Source of the DNA: a virus
Taxonomy: Duplodnaviria; Caudoviricetes
IMG/VR virus record: IMGVR_UViG_3300032280_000442
Coordinates: 224,001-288,000 of that record
DNA length: 64,000 bases
Reading direction: 5' to 3' (one strand)
Positions 1 to 11,600 of this stretch are shown in pieces (position 1 is the first letter of the stretch; every line of letters starts with the position of its first letter). The position numbers and the translations under genes are program-made. A model generated the notes under the pieces. That model was not told the DNA's origin and made no database searches. It worked only from the letters and a program-made list of their open reading frames with translations.

Positions 1-2705
1 ATATTTTGATTGAATGAGAAATTTGAATGAAACATAGATTCCATATTAGTCACTTTAGAAACATTCCAACTTCCAATTGGTTGATTAAATGTTGATAATC
101 TAAACATCCAATACATACTGACATTGGTTAAAGTATTAATTGTCCAAGCACTAATTGACGGTGACCCCCCATTATTAAATGATGAAACTACAAACATTCC
201 ACCAAAATCATTAACTTTACTAACGTCCCAATTTCCAATGTTTTGGTTAAATGGTGTGGCGTTAAACATTCCAAACATACTAGTAACATTTGATGTTGAC
301 CAACCACTTATTGATGGTGAACCACCATTATTAAATGAGTTAACCGATGGAAAACCTTGAAGCATCAACGACATATTAGTAACGTTTGAAACGTCCCAAC
401 TTCCAATATTTTGATTAAATGATTGTGCGCTTCTGAACATATACGACATATTAGTGACACTACTAACATTCCAAGAATTTAAAGGTTGATTAAATGGTGT
501 GGAACTAAACATATTATTCATATTAGTAACATTTGACACATCCCAAGAATTAATATTCTGATTAAAAGATGAAGTATTAAACGTATAACTCATATTCGTC
601 ACATTTGAAACATTCCAACCGGATAATGGTTGGTTAAATATTGTTTGAGCAAACATACCCGCCATATTAGTAACATTTCCAACATTCCAATTATTAATAG
701 GTTGATTAAAAGATGATAATTCAAACATTGATGACATATTTGTAACATTACTTACATTCCAACCGGATAATGGTTGATTAAAGATACTTGCAAATAAGAA
801 CATATTACTCATATTAGTAACATTAAAAGTATTCCAATTTGATATAGTACTTGAACCACCATTATTAAATAAGAAAGCCGAATCAAACATACCCTCCATA
901 TTGATTACATTACTCACGTCCCAATCACCAATATTATCATCAAATGATGACGCTACTTGGAACATATAAGACATATCAGTAACATTTGACGTGTCCCAAG
1001 AATTAATATAAGGGATATTTGTTATTGATGAACAACTTTCAAACATAAGGGATAAATTATTGACACCATTTAAATTTAAAACATCGTTCACATTTGATAA
1101 TGATAAATTGGTACAAACATAGAAATTACCACCACTATTACCTAATCTTAGACAACCCCATTGTAAAACTTCATATATTTTGGAAGCGCTGACTGAATTT
1201 ATTAAAAACGACCAACCAACTAATGTTCCGGTTATTGTTATCGTATAATCACCGGGAGTTACGTATATATGTGTTCGATTATCGTAAATATTTTCTGATG
1301 TGGTCCCATCACCCCAATCAATTGTTCCATAGTAAAACCCTGACGTTTCGTATGGCAATGTGATTGATGTGTTAGGTGATGTTGTTCTCCAAACAGAAAT
1401 AAATGATGGTGGTGTTATAGGTTCACAAGTTTGATATTTAATACATAACTCACAATCTATATATGTTGTTCCGTGATTCCAAAAATCGGTTACCCACGTT
1501 CTAATTTTAGATTCTCTAATTATCTCTAAACATTCTCCATATGAATTTACAATAGCCGTTCCGGGTAAAAATGTTGTCGGTAACATTATGTATTTTATGA
1601 TTTTTTTGAAACAACAAGATTGGACTTGAAATAAAGTATATTTAATCGGTGTTGTTGGTGTTGGAGTCGGTGTAAGTGTTGAGGTTGGTGTTGGTGTTGG
1701 ACACGCTCCCACAATACCATAACTTCCACTAGTGGTTAATCTATAAACACTATTACATTCCGCACATATATTTTGAGTAAACTCTGTACCAAAATCACTT
1801 CTTGGAATATTAATATTAATTGATAAATTACTTCCACAAGGCGTATATTGAAAGGTTGAATTTCCACCTTTACCTGAACCACCATATAATATATAATTTC
1901 TACAACCAATACAAGGTGTTGCCGATGGTGTTGGTGTTGGTGTTTTAGTTGGACAAGGGTAAATAAAATTGGCTCTTTGACAATGAACAACACTTGGTTG
2001 AGACCCCATTGCAATGAATGAATAAACATTATTAGTCGATGAACTTACTACATAAGTTGCACAACCAACAAAACCGTTACTCTCAATATAATAAGCCCCG
2101 GATAAAGGACTAAACGAACCCGGTATATTAGATAATGTAAATTGATTTAATGAGTTACAACTATCTTCAAAATATCCCACAATTGGAGGTAATGTTGGGG
2201 TTGGTGTTGGTGTCGGAGTCGGTGTAGGAGTCGGACCAGGACATTCGTCATTAATACAGATATCTGAAGATATGTTGATTGTTACACCACTATCAGCAAA
2301 TGGATTACTACCACAAACAAATAATGTTGTTGCGGAATATATTACACCATAAAAAGGTTCTCCACCACAATTTATGTAATTATAAGTTAAAGTTACCCCC
2401 GAAGTATTTTCGAAGGATATACAATTACACGGAGCTTTTGTTGGTGTTGGTGTTAGTGTGGATGTTGGTGTTTGTGAAGGTTTTGGGTCATCACAATTAT
2501 GATACTGAAGTTCTGAACAACCAAGAGAATCAGTAATTACAACTAATACTTCATCAACATTAATAAGTTCTACCGGAATGTTAATTGTCAATGGAGCCGA
2601 TGTAGCTCCTGAGACACCTAAATAACAATACGTGTTTGTAATATCACAAATTGTAATATCATAAGGAGAGTGTCCTGTTAAACTTGTGATTTGTATTACT
2701 TGCAT
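1..2705 (-). CDS. Large virion surface/adhesin protein (Cys-rich modules, Pro/Thr linkers, PKD domain, DUF285/BspA-like repeats); 3' end runs off the window
   Basis: Not in the ORF track because it lacks a stop in the window. Manual translation from ATG 2705 (MQVIQITSLTGHSPYDITICD...) stays open through TPTPTPT linkers, FISVWRTT...IDWGDG (PKD) and INSWDTSNVTDMSYMF-type repeats. Confidence 0.85.
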   Translation of the reverse strand, partial: MQVIQITSLTGHSPYDITICDITNTYCYLGVSGATSAPLTINIPVELINVDEVLVVITDSLGCSELQYHNCDDPKPSQTPTSTLTPTPTKAPCNCISFENTSGVTLTYNYINCGGEPFYGVIYSATTLFVCGSNPFADSGVTINISSDICINDECPGPTPTPTPTPTPTPTLPPIVGYFEDSCNSLNQFTLSNIPGSFSPLSGAYYIESNGFVGCATYVVSSSTNNVYSFIAMGSQPSVVHCQRANFIYPCPTKTPTPTPSATPCIGCRNYILYGGSGKGGNSTFQYTPCGSNLSININIPRSDFGTEFTQNICAECNSVYRLTTSGSYGIVGACPTPTPTSTLTPTPTPTTPIKYTLFQVQSCCFKKIIKYIMLPTTFLPGTAIVNSYGECLEIIRESKIRTWVTDFWNHGTTYIDCELCIKYQTCEPITPPSFISVWRTTSPNTSITLPYETSGFYYGTIDWGDGTTSENIYDNRTHIYVTPGDYTITITGTLVGWSFLINSVSASKIYEVLQWGCLRLGNSGGNFYVCTNLSLSNVNDVLNLNGVNNLSLMFESCSSITNIPYINSWDTSNVTDMSYMFQVASSFDDNIGDWDVSNVINMEGMFDSAFLFNNGGSSTISNWNTFNVTNMSNMFLFASIFNQPLSGWNVSNVTNMSSMFELSSFNQPINNWNVGNVTNMAGMFAQTIFNQPLSGWNVSNVTNMSYTFNTSSFNQNINSWDVSNVTNMNNMFSSTPFNQPLNSWNVSSVTNMSYMFRSAQSFNQNIGSWDVSNVTNMSLMLQGFPSVNSFNNGGSPSISGWSTSNVTSMFGMFNATPFNQNIGNWDVSKVNDFGGMFVVSSFNNGGSPSISAWTINTLTNVSMYWMFRLSTFNQPIGSWNVSKVTNMESMFHSNFSFNQN

Positions 2706-2707
2706 TA

Positions 2708-2926
2708 TTACTTAATAATTAACTCATCTGTAGATTGTTTATCATAATTAATACCAAATTTTGATAGTTCAGTTACAAATTCTTCACGAATAGTTGTTGT
2801 AAACATATTAGGTTTTGGTGTTATCATATATTGACCGGATGTAACCTCACCATAATGAGGTAATGTTTCATAATCATCGTATGATATAAAATAAGTTGTT
2901 ACTGAGGGGTATTTAATTTCGTTCAT
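2708..2926 (-). CDS. Small hypothetical protein (paralogue of 2957-3151), possible fibre chaperone
   Basis: 72-aa ORF tightly packed in the operon; shares a HYG...GQ..T motif with its neighbour. Confidence 0.65.
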   Translation of the reverse strand: MNEIKYPSVTTYFISYDDYETLPHYGEVTSGQYMITPKPNMFTTTIREEFVTELSKFGINYDKQSTDELIIK

Positions 2927-2956
2927 ATTTTATAAGTATTTAGAAACTAATTTAAA

Positions 2957-3151
2957 TTAAACCTGTGATTGGTTTATTATTGGGGAATTTGATATATATT
3001 CTTGACCTAAATCAAGAACTCTATCAATTAATTCTTGTTCTGTATCGAAATACTCTAAAAATGGTTGTCCTGTTGTAACCACCTGTCCTTCTCTAAGACT
3101 TCCATAATGAAACACGGTAGTTTCGTTATGTGCTAAATAAAATTTGTTCAT
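2957..3151 (-). CDS. Small hypothetical protein (paralogue of 2708-2926)
   Basis: 64-aa ORF containing FHYGSLREGQVVTT. Confidence 0.65.
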   Translation of the reverse strand: MNKFYLAHNETTVFHYGSLREGQVVTTGQPFLEYFDTEQELIDRVLDLGQEYISNSPIINQSQV

Positions 3152-3174
3152 ATTATTATTATTTTAATTATTTA

Positions 3175-5430
3175 TTATATTCCTCCACCATCAACTATGG
3201 TCCAACCCCAACCTGTTTGAAGATACGCTTGACCTTCATCATAAATATATGGGTTAGAAAATGAACTACCAATTAAATCAAAAGTAAAACTATCTATAAC
3301 ATCTATAAACCAAACCCCATTAGCCTCAACTGTTCCATTAGATGGTGATACAGAAAGATATATTTTCATACCGCTATATAATATATCTCCAGGGTCATAA
3401 AGTAAATAAACTCTACATAAACCAGAACCATTATTAGTAATATCTGAAATAGGATAAATATTTGCTGGTCTACTAAGTAAAGCTCTACCTTCAAATGATA
3501 CTGATGTGGTATAATTTGCCGTTCCAAATGATATTGACTGATATGTTTGAATAAAAGTCAAATTAGACCACCCATTATAAATTGCATCAAGATTGGCAGC
3601 AGAAAACGTTGATGGTGTTTTAGTTGACATAAAATTTGAAAAGCTTGAAACAAACCCAATATTCCAATTACCAATGTCTTGATTAAACGCGACAGCACCT
3701 TGAAACATTTGACTCATATCAATAACGCCACTAACATTCCAACCACTCAACGGTTGGTTAAAACTTATTGAGTTAGAAAACATAAAATCCATATAATCAA
3801 CACTACTGACATCCCAATTACCAATAGGTTGATTAAAATTTGAAGCACTACTAAACATACCACCCATACTTGTAACGCCAGTAACATTCCAACCACTTAA
3901 AGGTTGATTAAAACTTGTTGCACCAGCAAACATAGAATTCATATTTGTAACACTACTAACATTCCAATTATTAATATTTTGATTAAAATTTGGAGTACTA
4001 TTAAGCATAGCATACATACTTGTAACTCTACTAACATTCCAACCACTTAATGGTTGATTAAAATTTGTTGCTTGTTGAAACATTTGAGACATACTAGTAA
4101 CTCCACTAACATTCCAATTATTAATATCTCTATTAAAAGATGTTGCTTGTTGAAACATAGAACCCATATTTGTAACATTACTAACATTCCAACCACTTAA
4201 AGGTTGATTAAAAGATGTTGCTTGTAGAAACATAGAATTCGCATTTGTAACACCACTAACATTCCAATTATTAATATCTTTATTAAAAGATGTTGCAGTA
4301 GTAAACATATTAGCCATATTTACAACTCTATTAACATTCCAATTACCAATATCTTGATTAAAAGATGTTGCTTGTTGAAACATAAAGGCCATATCTATAA
4401 CTCTACTAACATTCCAACCACTTAAAGGTTGATTAAAATTTGAAGCACTATTAAACATAAAAGCCGTATCTGTAACACCACTAACATTCCAATCATTAAT
4501 ATTTTGATTAAAATTTGAAGCAATATTAAACATACCCCTCATAGTTGTAACTCTACTAACGTTCCAACCACTTAAAGGTTGATTAAAATTTGAAGCACTA
4601 CTAAACATTGAGGACATATTAGTAACACCACTAACATTCCAATCATTAATATTTTGATTAAAATTTGAAGCACTATTAAACATAGTAGCCATATTTGTAA
4701 CATTACTAACATTCCAACCACTTAAAGGTTGGTTAAAGTTTGTTGCTCCTTGAAACAAAGCAATCATATTGGTAACATTACTAACATTCCAAGAATTTAT
4801 AGGTTGATTAAAATTTGGTGTTACACCAAACATTTGCTGCAAATCATTTACATTAGACAAATCCCAATTATTAATACCGGTAACATAATTAACGAGTGTG
4901 TTTGCAAAAAAACCAAACAAACTTAAAAGAGTGTTAGGTACTCTTGGTGTTAAATCAATTAAATCTTTTGTGTTATAAGTTAAATTAGTACACCCATTAA
5001 ATGGCCCTGACCCAACGGTAAGCTGTTTAAAAGTGCCCCATTGTATAATTTGAAGTATTTTTAATCTATCACCACCAGTATTAAATTGAAACCCATCAAT
5101 AATCCCTTTTATTTTTATAGTGTAAATACCGGCAGTTGCGTACGTATGTGTAATAGCCGCTGCGTTATAGGCTCTAATAATGTCTATACTTCCATCACCC
5201 CAATCAACGGTAAAATTATAATTACCGTTAATACTTAAAGGTAATCTAACTTGTTTGTTTGTTGATACACCAGCATTTCTTGTATTCCAAACGGTTATAA
5301 AGGACTTTCCATCTTCAGGTGTTTCATTGGAAATGTTCCCGCTATCCAAACCACTAAAGTAATTTGACAGAGTTCCAACACTATTTCCGTTAAATGTTAA
5401 TCCGTTATTTAAACCGTTGAATAATCCCAT
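3175..5430 (-). CDS. PKD + DUF285/BspA-like repeat surface protein
   Basis: FITVWNT...VDWGDG PKD motif followed by ~16 tandem 25-aa FNQPLSGWNVSxVTxMxxMF repeats. Confidence 0.88.
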   Translation of the reverse strand: MGLFNGLNNGLTFNGNSVGTLSNYFSGLDSGNISNETPEDGKSFITVWNTRNAGVSTNKQVRLPLSINGNYNFTVDWGDGSIDIIRAYNAAAITHTYATAGIYTIKIKGIIDGFQFNTGGDRLKILQIIQWGTFKQLTVGSGPFNGCTNLTYNTKDLIDLTPRVPNTLLSLFGFFANTLVNYVTGINNWDLSNVNDLQQMFGVTPNFNQPINSWNVSNVTNMIALFQGATNFNQPLSGWNVSNVTNMATMFNSASNFNQNINDWNVSGVTNMSSMFSSASNFNQPLSGWNVSRVTTMRGMFNIASNFNQNINDWNVSGVTDTAFMFNSASNFNQPLSGWNVSRVIDMAFMFQQATSFNQDIGNWNVNRVVNMANMFTTATSFNKDINNWNVSGVTNANSMFLQATSFNQPLSGWNVSNVTNMGSMFQQATSFNRDINNWNVSGVTSMSQMFQQATNFNQPLSGWNVSRVTSMYAMLNSTPNFNQNINNWNVSSVTNMNSMFAGATSFNQPLSGWNVTGVTSMGGMFSSASNFNQPIGNWDVSSVDYMDFMFSNSISFNQPLSGWNVSGVIDMSQMFQGAVAFNQDIGNWNIGFVSSFSNFMSTKTPSTFSAANLDAIYNGWSNLTFIQTYQSISFGTANYTTSVSFEGRALLSRPANIYPISDITNNGSGLCRVYLLYDPGDILYSGMKIYLSVSPSNGTVEANGVWFIDVIDSFTFDLIGSSFSNPYIYDEGQAYLQTGWGWTIVDGGGI
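3660..4870 (-). repeat. In-frame ~75-bp tandem repeat array (DUF285 repeats) with a 150-bp higher-order period
   Basis: Recurrent ctaacattccaaccacttaaaggttgattaaaa units alternating with ctaacattccaat(c/t)attaatat units. Confidence 0.85.
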
Positions 5431-5446
5431 TATTTAATATAAAATG

Positions 5447-5899
5447 TTATGCTTGATAATCCGCTCCGTGAGCAACAATCCAAGCGGCTCTTGAAGCGGT
5501 TAAGTTGGCAAGTGATGATGCTCTTAAAATATCATTACCTTGAAGAGGAATATATCTTTTACCCGTATTATCTAATGGTAATCCAAGAATGTTAATACCG
5601 TCAAGAAAATCGGTATTAAAACGAGCGGCGTTTGTATTACCGGCAGATAATGGAATGTTAACAAGTCCTACAGGAAGAACAATCGCTCCACGTAAGATAT
5701 AAACCCATATGTTAGTTGTGACGGTATCTGTGGTATAACCCATAAGTGAATATACTCTACCACCTAAAGAACCTGCGGTGTATATTGTTGTACCATTATT
5801 GTTCGTACCAAGAGCTCCGATAGTTGTACCCGATAATACCGCAACACCACTATTTGGTACGTTGGCTAAAACCGGTATTTGTCCATTTGTTAAAGGCAT
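5447..5899 (-). CDS. Hypothetical virion/fibre-associated protein
   Basis: 150-aa Gly/Thr-rich, beta-rich ORF within the fibre operon. Confidence 0.7.
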   Translation of the reverse strand: MPLTNGQIPVLANVPNSGVAVLSGTTIGALGTNNNGTTIYTAGSLGGRVYSLMGYTTDTVTTNIWVYILRGAIVLPVGLVNIPLSAGNTNAARFNTDFLDGINILGLPLDNTGKRYIPLQGNDILRASSLANLTASRAAWIVAHGADYQA

Positions 5900-5928
5900 T
5901 TTTTTGTGTTTTTAAATTTTATTTGTTA

Positions 5929-7575
5929 TTAATAATTATATAAATTTCTAAATGATGTCATAAGAAGATAATCAATATCTCCTCCAACTATTGTTGTTGC
6001 ACTAAAGGTATTTGCCGTTAGACCATTTGTAAAGGTTGTTGCACCTGAAACTGTTCCTCCACTCAAAGGTAATGATGGTAAATTTTGATATGTTGTTGCA
6101 GATATTGTAGTAGCCGTTATATTATTAGCTGTTAGATTATTATTACCTAAATTAACATTTGTAGTTGCTCCACTATATGGAACTAATCCAGCTATACTTA
6201 CACTAGCTACTGGTAGTTGTAATCTTGAATTGGTGGAATCATCGTAAAATAATGTAATATCACGATTTACACCACTTAATATATTTGCATAAATTTTAAC
6301 CACTAATCTATCAGTAGTCAATATGGTTACATTAGTAGGTAATAGTATGCTAACTGTTTGTTGAATTACTACGTTGGTTGCTATTACAGATGTCATATCA
6401 CTAGTACCAAGAAGAGTTTCTGTTCCAGCTAAGTTTCGTTTGTAAATTTCAGCAAAACATTCGTAAGTATTACTTCCTGTATTTTTTTGAGTTTCAAAAT
6501 GTACCGTTACAATTCCACTTGGAATTACGCTTGTATTGGGGTAATTAAGGTTTGTTGCAAAATTAGCTAATAACGTTGGTGAAGTTGAAACTGTTGTTAC
6601 AATTGAAGCAATAGCGTTTGGAACAAATAATGGTAATATAACCATTTGTTCATACCCCCCTATATCTGAATTATTTGAACTGAATATATATGAGTCACTA
6701 ACATTTGTTGGTAAACCCAAATATGTCGTTGCTGATATTGTTGTTGCTGATATTGTTGTTGATGTTAAACCTCCCGTAAAATTTGTTGCCCCCGATACTG
6801 TACCACCGGTAAACGATGTTCCTGTACTTGTACTAAAACCAGAGACACCAAATGTTCCTCCGCTATTATTTGTAAAAGTTGCGGTTCCATTATTATAAGT
6901 TCCTCCGGTTACAAATATGTCTTTAGGTAAATTCTGATATGTTGTTGCAGAAATTGTATTTGCCGTTAATCCACCTGTAAAGATTGTTCCACCTGAAACG
7001 GTTCCTCCGGTAAATGTTTCACCACCACCGGTCTGTAATACTCTCCAAGAAGCGTTTGTGTCGTTATAACCACCGATACCTGATATTGTTGAAGATGTCC
7101 AAGCACTTATAAACGCAATTCCGGCAGCTGAGTTATTCTTAACCGTTGTTCCATAATCTGAGATAACCACAGTTTGACCACCAGGTCCCGTGGCACCTGT
7201 TGCGTTATTCCATAAAGTATCATAATTATCAATTCTAAATTGATATATTTTATTGGTTTCATAAACATATACTAACATTCCCAATTTTCTTCTACCCGAA
7301 GAAATATTATCAGAATTTAATGTTAATACATCAGGGGAGAAAACCGAACCGGAACCTTTTACTAATTGAATTGGAACGGAGTTACCTGAAAATTCAATAA
7401 TTCCAGTTGTTGCCGGAGGTATCGTATAGGTTAATCCGGATAAATCATAAACCTCCATATATCCACCTGTTTGAAGGATACTGAAGTTTGTACCAAAGGT
7501 TGCGTTATTTGGGACAGATGGGTTACCAAATGATGTTATAGGAGAAACCGGTATTTTGTTTAAAAAATCACTCAT
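5929..7575 (-). CDS. Tail-fibre-like protein with GGTVSG.T.FT.GLT..T.SATT repeats
   Basis: 548 aa; repeated GGTVSG(A/G)TxFTxGLTxxTxSATT units. Confidence 0.7.
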   Translation of the reverse strand: MSDFLNKIPVSPITSFGNPSVPNNATFGTNFSILQTGGYMEVYDLSGLTYTIPPATTGIIEFSGNSVPIQLVKGSGSVFSPDVLTLNSDNISSGRRKLGMLVYVYETNKIYQFRIDNYDTLWNNATGATGPGGQTVVISDYGTTVKNNSAAGIAFISAWTSSTISGIGGYNDTNASWRVLQTGGGETFTGGTVSGGTIFTGGLTANTISATTYQNLPKDIFVTGGTYNNGTATFTNNSGGTFGVSGFSTSTGTSFTGGTVSGATNFTGGLTSTTISATTISATTYLGLPTNVSDSYIFSSNNSDIGGYEQMVILPLFVPNAIASIVTTVSTSPTLLANFATNLNYPNTSVIPSGIVTVHFETQKNTGSNTYECFAEIYKRNLAGTETLLGTSDMTSVIATNVVIQQTVSILLPTNVTILTTDRLVVKIYANILSGVNRDITLFYDDSTNSRLQLPVASVSIAGLVPYSGATTNVNLGNNNLTANNITATTISATTYQNLPSLPLSGGTVSGATTFTNGLTANTFSATTIVGGDIDYLLMTSFRNLYNY

Positions 7576-7579
7576 ATTA

Positions 7580-8620
7580 TTATGTTATTGTGTTACCCCT
7601 CATATAAATATTTTGAGTATCGGTTATCTTGAATATTGTATTAGGGTAAGTTGTATAAACTCTATATGTTATTGGAGGAATTGTTGCTCCGGTATATGTA
7701 AATGTATATGAATTTATTGTACTTTCGGTTCCAACACCCGTTAATAAATTAGGACTATTACTTGTGTTAATATCAATAATTGTCTGTTTCTTATTATTAG
7801 TCAACGAAACAGGTATTATCCAAGTATACCATCCACTACCATTAACATATCCTGCCGGTATTTTTGTTGTTAAGAAATTATAAGCAACAATTGAGTTATT
7901 ATATTGGTCCTCACCACCTGATGTTTGAGGAACAGTTTGTTGTATCAATGATGGGAATAAACCATTTGTCCAACCACTAAAATCAACATACTTATTCATA
8001 TCAATATTAAACTCAGTTTGATTTTGCGTCGGTTGAGAATAATTTGTAAACCCAAAGAAGTTTCTACCACTATTATACATCCATTGACCTATATTTGTTG
8101 AACCTGAAACTGGTTCGATAAATAAATATGCAAAATACGCCGGTGTAGGTGTAGGTGTTGGAGTTTTAGTCATTGTTGGTGTTTGACTTGGTGTGGTTGT
8201 ATTTGTCGGTGTAGGTGTTGGTGCATTAGGTGTTGATGTGTTTGTCGGTGTCTGTGTGTGAGTTGGGGTAATACTTGGTGTTGGCGTTGGTGTAGGGGAA
8301 ACATTACAAGGATTATATGTTGGTGTATTTGTTGGTGTACTTGTCGGTGTCGTTGTGTTTGTTGGAGTTTGAGTCATCGTTGGGGTTGGGGTTGGTGTAG
8401 GAACGGTTACATTCATAATTATTGGACAATCCGCACCCTCAATCAATATGGTATAAACACCATACACATCACGAGGAGGTGTTAATAATGACGGATTAAA
8501 CACATATGGTAATGATTGGTTTCCTAAATTAATAACCGCATTAACATTTACAGGTTTAAACAAAATATTTGCCACCTCACCACTATAATTTACGCTTTGT
8601 ATTGTTATTGTATTTGACAT
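7580..8620 (-). CDS. Virion protein with a Pro/Thr-rich linker
   Basis: 346 aa; ~90-residue TPTPT tract; N-terminal module shared with 51272-52948. Confidence 0.75.
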   Translation of the reverse strand: MSNTITIQSVNYSGEVANILFKPVNVNAVINLGNQSLPYVFNPSLLTPPRDVYGVYTILIEGADCPIIMNVTVPTPTPTPTMTQTPTNTTTPTSTPTNTPTYNPCNVSPTPTPTPSITPTHTQTPTNTSTPNAPTPTPTNTTTPSQTPTMTKTPTPTPTPAYFAYLFIEPVSGSTNIGQWMYNSGRNFFGFTNYSQPTQNQTEFNIDMNKYVDFSGWTNGLFPSLIQQTVPQTSGGEDQYNNSIVAYNFLTTKIPAGYVNGSGWYTWIIPVSLTNNKKQTIIDINTSNSPNLLTGVGTESTINSYTFTYTGATIPPITYRVYTTYPNTIFKITDTQNIYMRGNTIT

Positions 8621-8637
8621 ATTTTATTTTTTTATTA

Positions 8638-11600
8638 TTAAGGTATACAATCCATTTCTGTTGTTACGGATTCAACCACACCTGAAGCATTTACATAAAC
8701 CCCATCATAAATAATAGCACCACTATTACATTCCCCATTTCTAAATAACGCACCAAAACCAGGACCATTACACGATACATATGATGTTAATTGTGGATTA
8801 TCATAGAACTGAGTTCCAACTACTATTGAAGGAGATAGTGAGTATACCGTTATTTCATCACAGTTGTATTGATAAGGTAGACAACATCCAAACAAATTAT
8901 ATGTGTAAACAGTTGGTCTTGTCGGTGTTGGTGTTCTTGTCGGTGTTGGAGTTTGTGTTCTCGTAAGTGTTGGTGTATTTGTTGGTGTGGTTGTTGGAGT
9001 TTGTGTTGGTGTTAATGTTGGTGTTCTCGTAAGTGTTGGTGTTGGGGTGTTAGTTGGTGTTGGACAAGCAAACGCGTTAACTGTAGGTGCCGGTAAAACA
9101 CCTAGTTCCGCTAATCCCCACGAGGTTTCCTGATAAGGATATTGTGGTGGAGGTGTAGTGTTACCATAATAATAAGTAGCCTCATCATCAGAGTTATATA
9201 TACTCCACACTGTTATTCCTAAAACTTCTTGAAGAATAATACTAAAAGCATTGTATACGTAGTATGGCCTATTGAATCCATTTAGTGTGTAATTACCAGC
9301 ATATGTGTACGTACCATTCGCCCCAACACTTCCAGCTCCACTAACACATACACTACCTGCAGGTGTTGTAGTTGGCGTAATTGTTGGTGTGCGTGTGAGT
9401 GTTGAAGTGTTTGTTGGTGTTAAAGTATTTGTTGGAGTTAAAGTATTTGTTGGTGTTACACTTGGTGTTGTTGTATTAGTTGGAGTTATAGTGTTTGTAG
9501 GTGTTACACTTGGTGTTGTTGTATTAGTTGGAGTTATAGTGTTTGTAGGTGTTATACTTGGTGTGACTGTATTTGTCGGCGTCACTGATGGTGTTACACT
9601 TGGTGTTGTTGTATTAGTTGGAGTTATAGTGTTTGTAGGTGTTATACTTGGTGTGACTGTATTTGTCGGCGTCACTGATGGTGTTACACTTGGTGTAGGA
9701 GTCACCGTTGGTGTAGGACCATTAATTGTAAATGTAAAATCATCCACAGGACAAAATTCTTCACCACAATCAGGACAATCCGGATTAAACATATTAAAAG
9801 TATCCTTTAATAAATTAAAATTATGTTTAACCTCAGGTGCGGATAATGGTGAGACATACATTCTGAATTGAGATATAGCCCCATCAAATGTTCCTCCAAA
9901 ATTTTGTTCCAATAATATATTTGTGGTTAACCCACTATACATAGTACCAACTAAATCATTTGTTGGTAAAGATTCGGGGTCTTGAATATATGTTGTTCCG
10001 GTTGTTGATGAGAATGTTAAATTTTCTCTTAAACCCTGTGTTCCACCACCCCACGAAATATTAAACGGAACACCAACTTGTTTTTCTTTATCTGTATTTA
10101 AACCTCTTGGAATAATCTCCTCAAAATTCTCTATAGTAAAAAATCTTCTACCATTAATATATATTTTTAGTCTACCTTTTCTATAATGTTTATCAATTAA
10201 CCATTTTTCGTTTAAATCAACTAATTCAACTTCACCCGGTGCTGGATATCCTACTTGAGTGTATGGAGGTGCGATTAATGACATTGAATTGTTAGCTAAT
10301 GATTCTAAAAGTTTTCTTTCAGTTATATCTCCTAATCCTCCACGATACCACAAATCACAAGTATCTAACCAAGTGTATCTTTCCCATACCGCATCAAGTT
10401 GGAACCAATGTTCTTCTTCCAAATACGCAGGATTTACATTCTCACAATAATCATATATTCCTGTTGGAGAACAATACTCAGTTATAGTATATCCTGTTTG
10501 ATAAGTTATCCCACTAGTCTCACAAGACCCTGTTGTAACACAATCACCAGTAAATCTTAATACTTTAACACCTATTGATGGATTATGTGGGTCACCACAT
10601 AATTTAAATGAAATCGCGTTGGATATTGAATCAAATAATGGGTCCGTTTCACAAGTTGATTGGACTGATGATTCACAAGTATGGTTTCTACATTCCCATC
10701 CACAGATATCATTTTCAAATGTTGGGCAACCACAAGATGAACAAACATAAGACGATGAATTACAACCACAAGTATTACAACCATAATTATGATGAGGGTC
10801 GTGGTCACCATTAATACTTCTTGGTGGATAAACATAGATACAACGACTATCTGTTACCCCTGTATTACAACAAGCACAAGTTTCTAACCCAACTAATCCG
10901 GAAGTAACTCGAGTATAAGCGGATATCCCACCCATAAATCCATCCGCGTGATGATAAAATTTATTCTCAGCACGAGTTCCCATATAAAAGAATATATTTT
11001 TATTTTGGGGATAAACAACATTTAATGTTGTTTCACCTGAAGATGGTGAGTATTCGTTATTTTCCGGAAATCTTGGTTTTAATAACATTTCAACAGACCA
11101 TCCTTTATTCATCCTTTCAGGGAATATCTCGTAATCATAACCAAATAACTTGTAAAATCCTTGATAAAATCCACCATATAATTGGTGGATGTTAGTTCCA
11201 CTAATTAAATCATACTGACTAATAACCTCATATAATATGGTTTTATTAAATCCTGTAAATCTAATATTACTACTAGTATATCCTGTAACTTGGAACATTT
11301 TAAATCGTCTATCAAACGATAATCTATCAAACTTAGTAAAATCATTAATCCCATTGGTAAATGTTATTGTTTGTCCGGTCATACCTGTAACCAATCCATT
11401 ATCAATTCCGGTTAAACCAATATCACAAGATGTGTTAGCGGTTAAACAACTTAAATCTAAATTATCAGGATTATAATAGTTTTTAGAAACAAAAACATTA
11501 TTAAAATTGTAATGTTTATAAATTAAAGAATATTGTTGGACAGAACTACTATCGTCAATATCAAAATAAAATGGTAATCTATTACCGTATGTTTGAGCAA

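Noticed and set aside
124-2536. Short track ORFs 124-360, 1736-2029 and 2279-2536
   Set aside because: They lie within the long minus-strand ORF starting at 2705, in antisense or alternative frames.
3660-4870. CRISPR array
   Set aside because: The repeats are in-frame 75-bp coding units of a DUF285 protein with no unique spacers, and no cas genes are present.
9305-9871. Val/Gly-rich 188-aa plus-strand ORF (and similar ORFs at 8258, 49371, 53580, 57310 and 59443)
   Set aside because: These are antisense shadows of Pro/Thr-, Gly/Pro- or Ala/Pro-rich coding repeats on the other strand.
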